Below the pieces are notes generated by a model. It ran no database searches and was not told the DNA's origin. It saw only the letters and a list, made by a program, of their open reading frames with translations. A DNA stretch of 63,995 nt, filler included, from Octopus bimaculoides (Eukaryota): the NCBI RefSeq assembly GCF_001194135.2. It is 4 parts of 4 records of this genome, joined end to end, with 100 filler letters (N's around TTAATTAATTAA, not from the genome) between each part and the next. Parts side by side here need not be neighbours in the genome. Positions count along the whole stretch, not along the records: positions 1 to 23,674 come from NC_068988.1; 3 more parts are not named here. One strand, given 5' to 3'. The first letter of the stretch is position 1. Every line of letters starts with the position of its first letter. This document shows positions 1-13,382 of the stretch, in pieces. The position numbers and the translations under genes were made by a program.

Positions 1-28
1 TGCTAACTAGCAGCCTCATCTAATTATT

Positions 29-74
<46 letters not shown>

Positions 75-129
75 CACAAGTAGGGCTGTGTGGTAAGAAT
101 CTTGCTTCCCAATCGATACTAATTTTGTT

Positions 130-860
130 TAAACAGGTAGCAATCAGCAGCACAGCTTGATAAGACTTCACAAGACGTAACATATCTGCCATTCTCAGCA
201 GGCATGATGTTCATCTTGCTCCGATATATTTGCATCAGTTTTCAGCACTGCAAATCTATGGTGAGATTATATCTAAGAAAATTCAAGAGTATCAAGATTT
301 TTAATGCTTTCCATACATTTAGTATGATACACTGATGGCGATTTTAATCTAATCCCGTTTCAGTTGCGTATAGCGAGTTTTCATACTGCCCGGCAAGCTT
401 CTGCAATACCATTGAATCTTTTATTCAGTGTTTTTTATATAGAGAGTCATGAATGTTCTTTCGGTATATGACAATCTTAGTATTAAGAAGCCACAGCAAA
501 AGTAAAGTAGTCTTTGTGTATCACAGCAGCGACGATATTCGTCTCACCATGATATCTTCGTCTCGCCATGATATCTTCGTCTCACCATGATATCTTTTTC
601 TTGCCACAAGTCCATAGAGAAATTCTATTTCAGACAATTCCTCAGCATTATGTCTTCTAACACTGTGTATACATTTGGTATGAGACACAGCTGGCGATTT
701 TCTCGTCTATATTTTCCTTTTAGTTTAATCAATTTTCCATAAACTCTGGCACATCTTTTATATATTTGGGAAATAAAAATCCACACTGTAATAAACCGAC
801 GCCAAAGATATGATATTGTTGGCACAACATCTTTTAACAGCTAACGAAACGGAAAAAAAT
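130..860 (-). mobile_element. Highly degenerate C-terminal part of an RTE-clade LINE reverse transcriptase, probably the same element as 2233-4680
   Basis: Manual minus-strand translation gives fragments in the expected order, with frameshifts and stops: DVVPTISYL (cf. VVDKFTYLGS), KRCARVYGKL (cf. KASSAFGRL), TKIVIYR (cf. TKLKVYK), HQCIILNVWK, RMADMLRLVK (cf. RMPDHRLPK). Same strand as, and downstream of, the RTE at 2233-4680. Confidence 0.5.
541..595. repeat. 19-bp tandem repeat, about 3 copies (GTCTCACCATGATATCTTC)
   Basis: Read directly: gtctcaccatgatatcttc gtctcgccatgatatcttc gtctcaccatgatatct. Confidence 0.9.
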
Positions 861-1511
861 ATTTCTTGATTTCCCATAGTACATATTTACATTGTGAAAT
901 TCTTAGTAGATACTTAATTGAGAGTTAAAGTAAAGTATTTGAGAAGATAAATATAGACATAACTTTGTGTCTATGTATGAATGAGTTTATGTATATATCT
1001 GCCTGTGTGTATGCATATCAAAAGTGTAGATCCGATTGCCTGCTTACAATATTCTCTTCGTAACCTCGAGGCTGTCGAAACGGATACCGAACGGCATCGT
1101 ATCTGATGCACTAACTAATTCCAGCTGGATTTGGAATTAGAGCACTGTATGTCAAAACATGGAGTGTAACCAATTCGTTGCATTACTCATCAAAGTTGAG
1201 TAATTCCAATGCTCTAAAGCGCGTACCAGTTTTCTTTGCATACATATATACATACATACATACATACATGTATGCATGCATGGATGCATGTATATATACA
1301 TACATACAAACATGCATGCATGCATACATACATACATACATACATACATACATACATACATACTTACATATATACATACATACAAACATCCATGCATACT
1401 GATAACTTTCACTTCAGCAGTGACATTGAAGAGGTCTTTGTTAAACTGAGGTAGGGGATGAGAAGAGTCCTGGCGGTATTTGAGTGCTGCATTGAGTCAC
1501 TTAAATCTTGA

Positions 1512-1586
<75 letters not shown>

Positions 1587-2232
1587 NNNNNNNNNNNNNN
1601 NNNNNNNNNNNNNNNNNNNNNNNNNNNNNNNNNNNNNNNNNNNNNNNNNNNNNNNNNNNNNNNNNNNNNNNNNNNNNNNNNNNNNNNNNNNNNNNNNNNN
1701 NNNNNNNNNNNNNNNNNNNNNNNNNNNNNNNNNNNNNNNNNNNNNNNNNNNNNNNNNNNNNNNNNNNNNNNNNNNNNNNNNNNNNNNNNNNNNNNNNNNN
1801 NNNNNNNNNNNNNNNNNNNNNNNNNNNNNNNNNNNNNNNNNNNNNNNNNNNNNNNNNNNNNNNNNNNNNNNNNNNNNNNNNNNNNNNNNNNNNNNNNNNN
1901 NNNNNNNNNNNNNNNNNNNNNNNNNNNNNNNNNNNNNNNNNNNNNNNNNNNNNNNNNNNNNNNNNNNNNNNNNNNNNNNNNNNNNNNNNNNNNNNNNNNN
2001 NNNNNNNNNNNNNNNNNNNNNNNNNNNNNNNNNNNNNNNNNNNNNNNNNNNNNNNNNNNNNNNNNNNNNNNNNNNNNNNNNNNNNNNNNNNNNNNNNNNN
2101 NNNNNNNNNNNNNNNNNNNNNNNNNNNNNNNNNNNNNNNNNNNNNNNNNNNNNNNNNNNNNNNNNNNNNNNNNNNNNNNNNNNNNNNNNNNNNNNNNNNN
2201 NNNNNNNNNNNNNNNNNNNNNNNNNNNNNNNN

Positions 2233-4680
2233 GATCACATACGGTGCAATCATCTGCAAACCGTAAATCTGTCATTGCCTGAGATGCAACTTTAGTCCTT
2301 GCTTTGAAACGCTGTTGTTTGAAGATGTCGCTCATTTTCTTTTATTCTAGAAACACACTCTCTTCTACATAGGGAAAAGCACAATTTGTACTTTTTGGTT
2401 TTCTCAACTCCATTAAAAAATTTCCAGTTTATGTGGTGACAAGAGAATGAATTAAAAGGGTTAGATCTTTTTGATTCAGTACTTCAAAACTGTTGGTCTC
2501 CTCAATAGGCATGGTATAATTTGTTATAAAAATGTTATTAGATTCAATAAGATGTTTAATTTTTTCAGTTTTCATGTTTATGGATTTTTTCAGTCTTGTG
2601 TAATTTGTTATAAAAATTATTATCATACTCAATAAAACGTTTAACCTTTTCGCTTTTCATGTGTATAAATGTTTCTTTTTCGTGTGTGTGTTTGTTTTAT
2701 TGAGGATTAGACAATTGTTTTTATTTGGAGGAGATAACTCAGTTTTTTAATGGGGGTGAGATCACCAAAAAATACCGCACAATTCAGCGTAACTAATAGT
2801 GTAAATAATCCTGGTACCAGAACACAATCTTGTTTTCTACCATTTTTAACATCAAAAGGCAATTTGAGAGAACGGATGTTTTCATATCTTTATGTAAGAA
2901 CACATTTAGCGTTTGATCAGGAATCATGAGTTTTGCTAGTACTTTCCAAAACGCCTGCCGACATACAGAGTCAAAGGATTTTGTAAGGTCGGCTGTATTG
3001 TGCTCCTGAGCCTTCTCCCTAACTTGTCGCAAGCTGAATAGCCACTGTAACTTGATCAGACCTAAATCCACACTGATTCTCTAGATAGACAGAGGTGACT
3101 AAGCCAGTGTTAATTCCGTTTAAGATTACTTTAGAGAGGATTTTTCCTGCAATAGGAAGCAGCGATATGCCATGAGGATTGTCACATTCACATCCATTAC
3201 CTTTATATTTATATAGACGAACAATCGTTACATCTTTAAATTCTTGAGGAACTGTTCTTATTTTTCGGAGTTTAGTTTGAATAGAGCTTTTAGCAGCCTT
3301 GTAAAGCTTTTTCGTTCTAGTAGTGATCTTATCTGTAATCGATTTTTTGTGAAGACTGTATATTTCTTGAAGCTGTTCATATATAACTCAAGAACTCTGG
3401 ATAAATTGTATCTTTATAATGACTCTATGATTCTTCTAAATTTTCCGTGATTCTAACATTATGTAATTTTGCATCAAGTGTTTGAGCAAGAATATATTTA
3501 TCTACTTTGAGCTTTGAAATATAAGGTCTCCTTATAAGTCTTTTACGAAATTATTTTATGACCAGCTTTGGTCTCATTTTTATTTTACTACAAATGATAA
3601 CATGGTCAAAACAGCATTCTACCTTATGGAAAAAAGAAAACAAAACATTATTTCTATCACGGTTTCGGACAATCACATATTAAATGAAGTAACGATGACG
3701 TGATCTAGGATGATATCAAGTTATTCTGTTTTTATTGGACTGTTGAAAAAGTGTATTGGTGACAGAAAGTCCAAACTCACTGCTCAGAGATAGTAGCAGG
3801 AATCCATTTGAGTTTATTTTATCTGGAACATGCTTACCAAGAATATTTGACCAAGAAAGGTAATCTGATCCAACAGGTGCATTAAAATCTTTTAAAAGAA
3901 ACATTTTATTTTGATTGTGAAATCATTTCAGTAATATTCGTAAATCGGAATTAAGTTAATCTTTAGATGCATCCAAAGACCAGATGTTGGTGTGTATGAA
4001 CTTACAAGTGCAGCATATTTTTCTAGGCCAATTGGGGTTTGTAATAACATAGGACCGTCCTTAATTCCATTTCGCGAGAATTCTATTTTATGTACAATAT
4101 CATTACTAATAGCGAAACTCACACCAGATCCAATTTTTCTTTTCAGATTTACCGTTCCAGAAGAAAGTGTACCCGCCAATTACTTCATTCAGCTAACCAG
4201 AATCTGGTAGCCTTATCTCCAAACAACCAGCAATGCTAAAATTTTTCTTCTCAAAAATTAAGTTAAAAGTACTGTTTTGCGCTCCGGATGCTTTTTCTGT
4301 GCGTTCCAAGCTGCTATACTAATATCCATTTCCCTATCATTTTGCCTCTGTCTAACCATTTTCATTTGTCGTCTCATATTTTTCGACAGCATGGTTGAAA
4401 GTCCAGTCATTCGCTGGATAATAACTGAATTCTGTGAGCGAGCGATTTTTAGGGTACCTTTTCTAGCCCCCCACCATATTCACGGGAAAGCAGTGCCATC
4501 TCAAGTAAGCTACTTTGTAGTTAAGAAGAGAACACGGACTGAAAATGCGCTCATAGATTTGACAGAACCACCATCTACTTCATACCACCATATGTTCAAA
4601 GCTCAAGCTAGGGACCTCCACTGACTACCTTTACCGGGCCCCCTTCACTGTCATGTCATCGCCGTAGTATTTTGGTTTGT
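2233..4680 (-). mobile_element. Degenerate RTE/BovB-like LINE (APE endonuclease and RT), internally deleted and interrupted
   Basis: Minus-strand motifs: IAAWN (APE start, about 4300); FLLKDFNAPVGSD...NSNGFLLLSL...TNTLFQQ (3716-3904); HPRSRH...YVIVR; VPQEFKDVTIVRLYK.KGN...GISLLPIAGKIL (about 3100-3240); FSLRQVREK...DLTKSFDSVCRQAFWKVL (2793-3071); KARTKV...DLRFADDC (2233-2335). Multiple stops and frameshifts. Confidence 0.9.
2518..2670. repeat. Diverged tandem duplication (period about 84 bp) within an AT-rich insert in the RTE RT region
   Basis: aatttgttataaaaatgttattag...tttcatgtttat (2518-) recurs as aatttgttataaaaattattatca...ttttcatgtgtat (2602-). Confidence 0.65.
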
Positions 4681-5211
4681 CCTCATGTTGTCACTGAACG
4701 ATTTGCACTGTATATTTGTTTAAAGAGGAGTTCGCTCGTGCTGTACAAAGTCCATTGTCTCCACCTAAAAAGCATAACCTCTACAGGTGCACAGTGTGCC
4801 GCTTATCAGATGCAGACCGGGTTGCAGATCAAGTAGTGATGAACCAATCGGTTGAGGGTTGGTGACTCAACACGCACATGAACACACATATACGTATACA
4901 AAGAACATGAAATTTTAAAAATATATTAGAAGGAATATTAATGATATATAAGATGTAAATATAGAAAATCACACCTATATACACATGTATGTATATAAAA
5001 TATAAAATTTAAAAATATAATCAAAATGAATATATATATATATGTCAATATCACCTCATTATCTCCTCCAATCTCTCTCTGTCTATACACACAGACACAC
5101 ATGCATGCTGTTATCTTTAATGTGTCTTTCTAATTTATCCCTATCCCTTCTCTCTCACGCCCACACTTTTGGCTGATAATTGTAAATGGTCAATCTGGGT
5201 AAGATCCTTAC

Positions 5212-5242
<31 letters not shown>

Positions 5243-8171
5243 GGTAGGTAGGTAGGTATGTATATACGTGCGTATATACATACATATATANNNNNNNNNN
5301 NNNNNNNNNNNNNNNNNNNNNNNNNNNNNNNNNNNNNNNNNNNNNNNNNNNNNNNNNNNNNNNNNNNNNNNNNNNNNNNNNNNNNNNNNNNNNNNNNNNN
5401 NNNNNNNNNNNNNNNNNNNNNNNNNNNNNNNNNNNNNNNNNNNNNNNNNNNNNNNNNNNNNNNNNNNNNNNNNNNNNNNNNATATATATATATATATATA
5501 TATATACATTTATAGGGAGAGAGAGAGACAAAGAGTGAATGAGAGAGCGTGGGGATATGGAGATAGAGAGATAAATAGATACATATTCATATATGTATGT
5601 ATCTTCAAAATATACAGGAATTAATGAATACGGGGACAAGCGTTATGCTTATATCTAACGTGAGATCACAGCCTAGATTCAAGTTCATTTGACCTGCTAA
5701 ACTAAGTTCCGTACTTCGGAAATGCATGGCTATCACCACTTTCACCATCAAAGACTTAATTACTTGGTAAAAACAAAAACATCAATGACAAAAAAATTAG
5801 AGAGCATCATTCCAAATAAATAAAACACTTTTCATAGCATCTGAAAGCTCTTTTCTCACAGTATCAGACTATTTGATCTCAGTTATAAAGACATTTCTTG
5901 TCGTCTCTTTTCACCTAATTTAACTCTACAACGCCGAATTTTTCCACATTCATTCTTATTTCTTATTCGTGTATAAGGAGATGAGAATTAGTGTGCCTCA
6001 TACAATTGTACAAACTACCAGGAACGGCAATTATGATTGATCAAAAGTGAGAGCAAAATCTTATCCAGGAAAGCATAGGAATCCACATGGTGGGATTACT
6101 GCCCATTCCAATTCATTGCTATTTGGTATAAAAATCACGAATGTAGTTTGCTGAGAGCTTAGTTGTATGTCACCAGAATGATATGCCTTGAATATTGACA
6201 TCAGATAATTTTAAATTTTGCACTGCTTGTAGTAATTTTCTAATTTCTGAAAATTTATGAGAGTTTTAGAATGACGAGAAAGAAAAAAAAAAAGAATCAA
6301 TATAGGATTTGTATTTTTAATTCATACTGCAAAGAGTTGGCAGAATGAACAGAAGTTGTAAGCTAGCAATGTTGACTGAAAACCGTTTTCTTCTATGAGA
6401 CCCAAGATTACACATTTATGTAATGCATTCCAACTCAAGCTTAATTTTACCGATTGTATTACGTACCATTTTATGTGAAAAATTCTTATTTTATCCTATC
6501 CTATCCTGTCCTATGTATGTATGTATGTATGTATGTATGTATGTATGTATGTATGTACGTACGTACGTATGTATGTATGTATGTATGTATGCATGTATGC
6601 ATGTATGTACGCATCTCTCTCTATTTATCTATCTATCTATACACACACACACATATAATCATAGTTCTGTGCATGCCACTTTTCAAAGTTTCATAAATTG
6701 GTAAGTGCATGTATTGTGTAGTTTTACAGTTATTAAATACAGGAGTTTGAATGCTCTACTTAGCGCATTGGTTTCACAATTTTGTGTATCACCAAATTGC
6801 TCTCTCTTCTCTTATATTTACACAATACACTTCATATATTAATCATCACTATTAGTGTATATGCTCAGTTTACTCTTACACGTTAACCAATGCTGCATAA
6901 GTAATGAATCTCAGCATTGTACAATTAATTATTTTAAATAGAAACGTGCAAGATCTGCATATCAGCGAACATCAGTAACATTGTTGCAAGCGACGAGCAC
7001 ATCATATTGAAAGATAATAGAAATGATGTGTTATGACTGAACAATATATATTTAGCCTCAGCAGTCTAGAAGTAGTAAAATATGAACTTTCATATTTTAC
7101 GTTACAATACAGAGGTTATTAAGAGTCATTAGTAGATTCTGATGAAAAAGTGTTCTTTGAAAACATCCATTAAAAGCTTGTAACCTACAATATTACTGAT
7201 GTTTCCTACGCCTACTATATTTATGTATTCTAATGAATTATATCTCCCTGTCATTTACATATTTACATTATTAACAAAGATGAAATGTTTTCAAAATTAT
7301 TATTTGCTTTGCTCATTCTAGATAACCTAACATCAATGGATTTTCAGTAGTAACTGGTAATTTATAATACTGCATATATGTACCCCAGAGAATAATCAAA
7401 GCACCCATGGGGCTTACATATTCAACGTGTCAGTGATGTTCTTTTATGTAATGCATTAGAAGCAACCAGAGCTCATCAGTGTTACGCATCAACTTACTAA
7501 TTGAAGAACGAACATTGAGCATTTCTTTCTAGCTTTGTTCGTCCCGTATTTTGATCTTATTTCCTATATCTTGTTAAGTTGTGTATGTCATTAATTATTC
7601 GATTGTCTCACCTGATAATACTTCACTGCAATTACCTTCCCAGAATCCTGTATTCTTTCATGTCTCTTTAGTCACCCTAAAGCAGTTTGCTTAAAAATAT
7701 TTATAAGAGTCTGTACTGCGGTTCATACTTTCGAACAAAAATTCTTTATGTAGGTACCATAGATATGTGTGTAGCTAATTGAAATGATTTCTAAACACCA
7801 ATGAGAGGGTAAGGATACAACTTCAAATCAAAATTCTCTTATTATGGACCAACTGAAAGTAGTCCTTTGACTACCGTGACTTCAAAGTATACTTAGGAAA
7901 GACTTTGAACTCAAATCTGCAATTTAAAAACGTACTCATCACTTGTACAATTCCCTTACTGCTGGCTGTAATAAACTGTATAAGTAACTCTATTTACAAC
8001 TACAGGTAATGAATCACTGCGTACATTTACATGATAGAGTAAAGCCCGCTAACAGGATACGAACTGTTAACAGTTCCGTCCGTAAGTCTTCACCTATTAC
8101 TTATCAAGGAGATAAGACGTTGAGTGTATATTGGGAGGTGTCATTATATATATAAAAAGAACGCTACTAAT

Positions 8172-8393
8172 ATTGAATTCAAATTTTGGCACAAGACCAG
8201 CAATTTCGGGGAAGGAAGTAAATTGATTACATCGATCCCAATGATTAGCAGGGACATATTTTTCCCCGACTCCGAAAAGATGAAAGAACGTCAAAGTTGA
8301 CCTCGGCAGCATTTGAACTCAGAACGTAAAGACGGATGAAATGTTGGGACGCATTTTGCCTGGCATGGTAACGATTCCACTGGCTTGCCACCT
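8172..8393 (-). mobile_element. tRNA-derived SINE, family B, diverged copy
   Basis: Matches other copies in the window: aaagttgacctcggcagcatttgaactcagaacgtaaagac...gcattttgcc; B-box-like GAGTTCAAAT on the minus strand. Confidence 0.8.
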
Positions 8394-9607
8394 CAGACAC
8401 CACTACTCTTAAATAAAAGCGCTATCGTATAAACACGGATTAGATTTATATTCAGAAGTCAGAAGTTATTATATTTGTTTCATATTTAGATTTAGTTAAT
8501 ATAGTACGTACATTTGTTTATTTATCTTATTGATTATCCTTTCAATTTGATTTATGTTTGCATGATCATTTTCCTTTTTTTGGTTTTTGGTTTTTGTTTT
8601 CACTTTGTTTAATATGAAAAACTTGCGATGTAAACAGTATATTTTATACGTTGGTAAAATATCTAAGTTTCAATTTTTGATAAGAATAAATAACAGGCAA
8701 ATTTTCGTTTTCTTCTACAATAATTTTTCAATATTTTGTGAAATGATATAAAAAGAATCAAATATATATCAATATATCTGGTAAAGGTAGTTAAGGTATA
8801 CTGCATAAGATTTGCTAAAGAATTCTTGGCGTTCTAAACTTTTGAAACCATGTGACTTAAAGGATTTTTTTTTTCTTATTTTTGTTTTAGTTAAGTTTGT
8901 GATGCTCAATTATTCTCGCTTAAAGATATATTGAAAATCAAATCAAATCAGTCACATAACTTTAAAATCAATTTGTTTGCTTTAATCCAGAAACAAATTT
9001 TGAATGGATGGTTCATGTGTAATTCATTCTAAGCAGGTATTTATTTCAACGGTGCCAGATATTTAGAAATAAAGTCGATATCACTGGAAATTGAATTTTA
9101 GATAGTAAGGCAACGCGACTAGGAAATGCAATCTGCATGATGTAATATTATAAAACTGAATGTGTAGGCTATAACCAACGTACTAACAATTGGCCGACGT
9201 AGGTGATGCTTAAAATTCATTAAATTCCTCGACTCCTATCATAACCTCGGACAGAGAATCACACAACCAGATTTTTTATGCTCACTAAATTTTAGTCTGT
9301 ATGTGTATGTGTGTGTGTGCGCGCGCCCGTTAATGCCGTATTGTAGATGACATGCCCTCAGCCCCGAGGCACTATGTTAACTAACCTGATTTGAATTGGG
9401 GTTGTTGCAATTTTCATGACTTCGTTAACCATTTTGTGATACGCATCTATGTCATAACTTCTTTTATGCGCTATAAGGAAGTATAGCCGCTTATCACTTA
9501 TTGTTGGAAGTCTTTACGGAAAAATGTCTTTACCGAAAAAAGAAAAACGTAGTCTACTATGCAGTGCTTAGCATAAATATTATATATTCAGTGTGTTTGT
9601 ATGCGTG

Positions 9608-9653
<46 letters not shown>

Positions 9654-9663
9654 NNNNNNNNNN

Positions 9664-9710
<47 letters not shown>

Positions 9711-10051
9711 GAGGGTGGGAGAAACAGTGACAAAGACAGAGGCAGAGAGACAGAGAAAGAGAAGGAGGAGAAGCCAGCAATTGAGTATCTGAAAATCATG
9801 GGAGAATCTACTGCTCGAATTGTTATGCACAAAGTATAAACGTAAGAGTGATTATAAAATTCTTTATAAGTAAGAAATGAAACGCGCAGCCATTACGTTC
9901 TAACAAACATCAGTTTTTCCCCGTAAGTTGTAAATCATCTTTTGTGACATTAAGTTTCCTTGCTTTATTTTCTCTCCTCTTTTCATTGAGAATCGCCATC
10001 AATTGCCATATTATTTACATTCTGCATCATATTTATGTGTATGTCTTTAGG

Positions 10052-10175
10052 TCTGTGTTTGTTCCCTCACCACCGCTTCACAATCGGTGTCGGTGCGTTT
10101 ATGTCCCTATAACTTAGCAGTTCGGCAAAATAATCCGATGGAATAAGTACCAGACTTCAAATCAACAAGTACTGC
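10052..10175 (+). mobile_element. SINE family A, 3' half fragment
   Basis: gtgtttgttccctcaccaccgcttcacaatcggtgtcggtgcgtttatgtccctataacttagcagttcggcaaaa...gaataagtac aligns to 57815-57915. Confidence 0.75.
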
Positions 10176-10303
10176 AATTGATACAGTACTATATATGAGA
10201 TGAGGAATTATGTACAACGTTTCGGCTGATATACCCACCTGACTTCAGCAGGTGTCTTGGGGGAATTTCGAACCTGGGTTCTCATTTCTAAGGTATCTTT
10301 CGA

Positions 10304-10361
10304 TCTTCTTCTTCTTCTTCTTCTTCTTCTTCTTCTTCTTCTTCTTCTTCTTCTTCTTCTT

Positions 10362-10433
<72 letters not shown>
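10304..10433. repeat. (CTT)n then (TTA)n microsatellites
   Basis: Read directly. The same compound order recurs at 11996-12251. Confidence 0.95.
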
Positions 10434-11995
10434 GAGTGAGAGAGCAGTGCATTCCATCAAAATGACACTGGGGTAAAATATACGAAGCCCGTTATTATAC
10501 CCATCATGACTACCCGTCTGATAAGGGTACACCAGGCACACGCATCACAACTATATGTGCGCGACATGGTGATCTCATATCAAGATAAAGAGCGCATGAC
10601 CTTGCAGGTGGGGCCCCGTTAGAATTTTCTTCAGGTCGAGTAGCACATCCCGCTCAAAAGGTCCCTGAATAAGGTTTGTTTAAGGATCTTGAGCAAAACA
10701 CTCATGTTTCCAAAGGTGAACTATTCAAACCCCAAAGAATTCCTCTGAACACATGGCTATGATGTTCCCCCACTACTTCTGCTCGTGATCAGAGATGCAC
10801 ATATCGTCAGCCACNNNNNNNNNNNNNNNNNNNNNNNNNNNNNNNNNNNNNNNNNNNNNNNNNNNNNNNNNNNNNNNNNNNNNNNNNNNNNNNNNNNNNN
10901 NNNNNNNNNNNNNNNNNNNNNNNNNNNNNNNNNNNNNNNNNNNNNNNNNNNNNNNNNNNNNNNNNNNNNNNNNNNNNNNNNNNNNNNNNNNNNNNNNNNN
11001 NNNNNNNNNNNNNNNNNNNNNNNNNNNNNNNNNNNNNNNNNNNNNNNNNNNNNNNNNNNNNNNNNNNNNNNNNNNNNNNNNNNNNNNNNNNNNNNNNNNN
11101 NNNNNNNNNNNNNNNNNNNNNNNNNNNNNNNNNNNNNNNNNNNNNNNNNNNNNNNNNNNNNNNNNNNNNNNNNNNNNNNNNNNNNNNNNNNNNNNNNNNN
11201 NNNNNNNNNNNNNNNNNNNNNNNNNNNNNNNNNNNNNNNNNNNNNNNNNNNNNNNNNNNNNNNNNNNNNNNNNNNNNNNNNNNNNNNNNNNNNNNNNNNN
11301 NNNNNNNNNNNNNNNNNNNNNNNNNNNNNNNNNNNNNNNNNNNNNNNNNNNNNNNNNNNNNNNNNNNNNNNNNNNNNNNNNNNNNNNNNNNNNNNNNNNN
11401 NNNNNNNNNNNNNNNNNNNNNNNNNNNNNNNNNNNNNNNNNNNNNNNNNNNNNNNNNNNNNNNNNNNNNNNNNNNNNNNNNNNNNNNNNNNNNNNNNNNN
11501 NNNNNNNNNNNNNNNNNNNNNNNNNNNNNNNNNNNNNNNNNNNNNNNNNNNNNNNNNNNNNNNNNNNNNNNNNNNNNNNNNNNNNNNNNNNNNNNNNNNN
11601 NNNNNNNNNNNNNNNNNNNNNNNNNNNNNNNNNNNNNNNNNNNNNNNNNNNNNNNNNNNNNNNNNNNNNNNNNNNNNNNNNNNNNNNNNNNNNNNNNNNN
11701 NNNNNNNNNNNNNNNNNNNNNNNNNNNNNNNNNNNNNNNNNNNNNNNNNNNNNNNNNNNNNNNNNTATCTGTGTGTATTGGCATATCCCAGAGTATGGTT
11801 GCTTTCTCGTTTTCTGTGATCTTTTCTGGCATGTGTTTATACCATCTTTTTTCTGTTGTTATTCCATAGTGTTGGCATAGCTTCCAGTGTATATAGGTCC
11901 CAGCTCTGTCGTGTCTGTGAATATATTCCTTCTTAGCCAGGACTGGGCAACCAGAGATAATATGGTTTATTGTTTCTTGTCCATCACCACATATT
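10434..11995 (-). mobile_element. 5'-truncated R4/Dong-like non-LTR retrotransposon (zinc knuckle and RLE-proximal ORF fragment, gap, putative 3' UTR)
   Basis: 11766-11995 encodes ICGDGQETINHIISGCPVLAKKEYIHRHDRAGTYIHWKLCQHYG...KATILWDMPIHTD, i.e. the C..C...ET..HI..C knuckle plus the RHD and ILWD motifs of RLE-type elements. The 3' end abuts (TAA)n at 10433. The middle (10815-11765) is N. Confidence 0.85.
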
Positions 11996-12188
11996 CTTCT
12001 TCTTCTTCTTCTTCTTCTTCTTCTTCTTCTTCTTCTTCTTCTTCTTCTTCTGCTTCTTCTTCTTCTTCTTCTTCTTCTTCTTCTTCTTCTTCTTCTTCTT
12101 CTTCTTCTTCTTCTTCTTCTTCTTCTTCTTCTTCTTCTTCTTCTTCTTCTTCTTCTTCTTCTTCTTCTTCTTCTTCGTCTTATTATCA

Positions 12189-12252
<64 letters not shown>

Positions 12253-12790
12253 TGAATAATAGTAACTGCCTGGAATCGAACTCAGAATCTTGAGGTTAGT
12301 AGCCGCGCAGTATATACGCAAACTAGACCATCTATAATATACATATATACACCAAAATACATAGATGTATGTACATAGTTATATAATATTTAGGCATATA
12401 TATGTAAGACTTGAATATATACACAAATACACACTTATAGATATATGTACGCATACACGCAAGCGTACAAAACCGCTTAGTGTACACATATACAGGACAG
12501 TTATTACAGGCGAGAGAAACAGGAAGTATACCTTAAGGGTAGGGAGGAGGGAGAGAAAAAGGAAAAGAAACAGAGACGTAAAACCTAGCGAGCGAAAGAG
12601 GAAAAGGGAAAAAGAAGAAAGAAGAAAAGGAGGAGAAAAAAGAAATTTGTTCAGGGCGCTAGCAATGTATCCAGTAGGAAGTGGAAAGATATTTTAAGTA
12701 AGAAAAGAAAAGAAATGATGAGTCTATGCAATTTTATTTTATGTGAACATTCGTTACACATATTCGTGATCTAATTCTCTTTCTTTATGG

Positions 12791-12832
12791 ATGTCTAAAT
12801 ATGTATGTCTAAATATGTATGTCTAAATATGT
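12791..12832. repeat. 14-bp tandem repeat x3 (ATGTCTAAATATGT)
   Basis: Read directly. Confidence 0.9.
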
Positions 12833-13382
12833 ATATAACTATGTACATGCATCTGTGTATTTTGGTGCATGTATGTATATTATAGATGGTCTAGTGTGCG
12901 TATATACTGCTGAAAAAATATTTATGTGATACAGCGTAAATAATTTTAAATTTTAATTTTAATGTATTAATTGACTTACATTTCGTATATGATTATTTAC
13001 GAAATGTATTAGGAATTTGTCCTTGAATTTAAGTTTTTCTTCGATTTTACAATAGGATGAATTTATACTGAATTTATTTCGTTCATTGTATACTTAAGAC
13101 ATTTAGTTGAAAGGACCAATGAAACAAAACCATTTTCAAACATGTAACCGTTAAAATAGATTTTGTTTTTCTTTAATAATATCGTCAATTCTGTGCCATT
13201 CAGACAAAACTGTCTGACAAACGGGAACGTGAAACTTTGAGTAACAGTTTTTCTGATATTTCTGCTGCTTTTAAATAAAGTATATATTTATATATGTATA
13301 TATACATATATTTAATACCAGGGAACAAGCACATTAAAAGAATCAAGGAGATTCAGAGAAAAAAANNNNNNNNNNNNNNNNN

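Larger units (their letters stand above)
10185..12308 (-). mobile_element. Composite family E element (tRNA-like head, microsatellite, Penelope-like tail) interrupted by a Dong/R4-like insertion
   Basis: The head on the minus strand at 12252-12308 (gcgcggctactaacctcaagattctgagttcgattccaggcag) matches 53781-53825. The tail at 10185-10305 matches 54811-54999 with an internal deletion. (TAA)n/(GAA)n runs lie between them. Confidence 0.8.

Noticed and set aside
1026-1036. GTAGATCCGA resembling miR-10/miR-100
   Set aside because: Only 10 nt match, the seed is absent and there is no precursor hairpin. I noticed no other conserved miRNA in the window.
1060-1140. GAAAC...CTGATGC motif and a 9-bp hairpin ctaattcca/tggaattag
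   Set aside because: It does not fold as a type II hammerhead (no U16.1/NUH), and a short AT-rich stem is near chance level.
8061-8076. Perfect 16-bp palindrome GAACTGTTAACAGTTC
   Set aside because: About one such palindrome is expected by chance in a window this long (64000/4^8).
5640-8100. Long non-microsatellite AT-rich stretch examined for transposase or exon content
   Set aside because: No frame I read gave a recognisable motif; a profile search would be needed to call anything.
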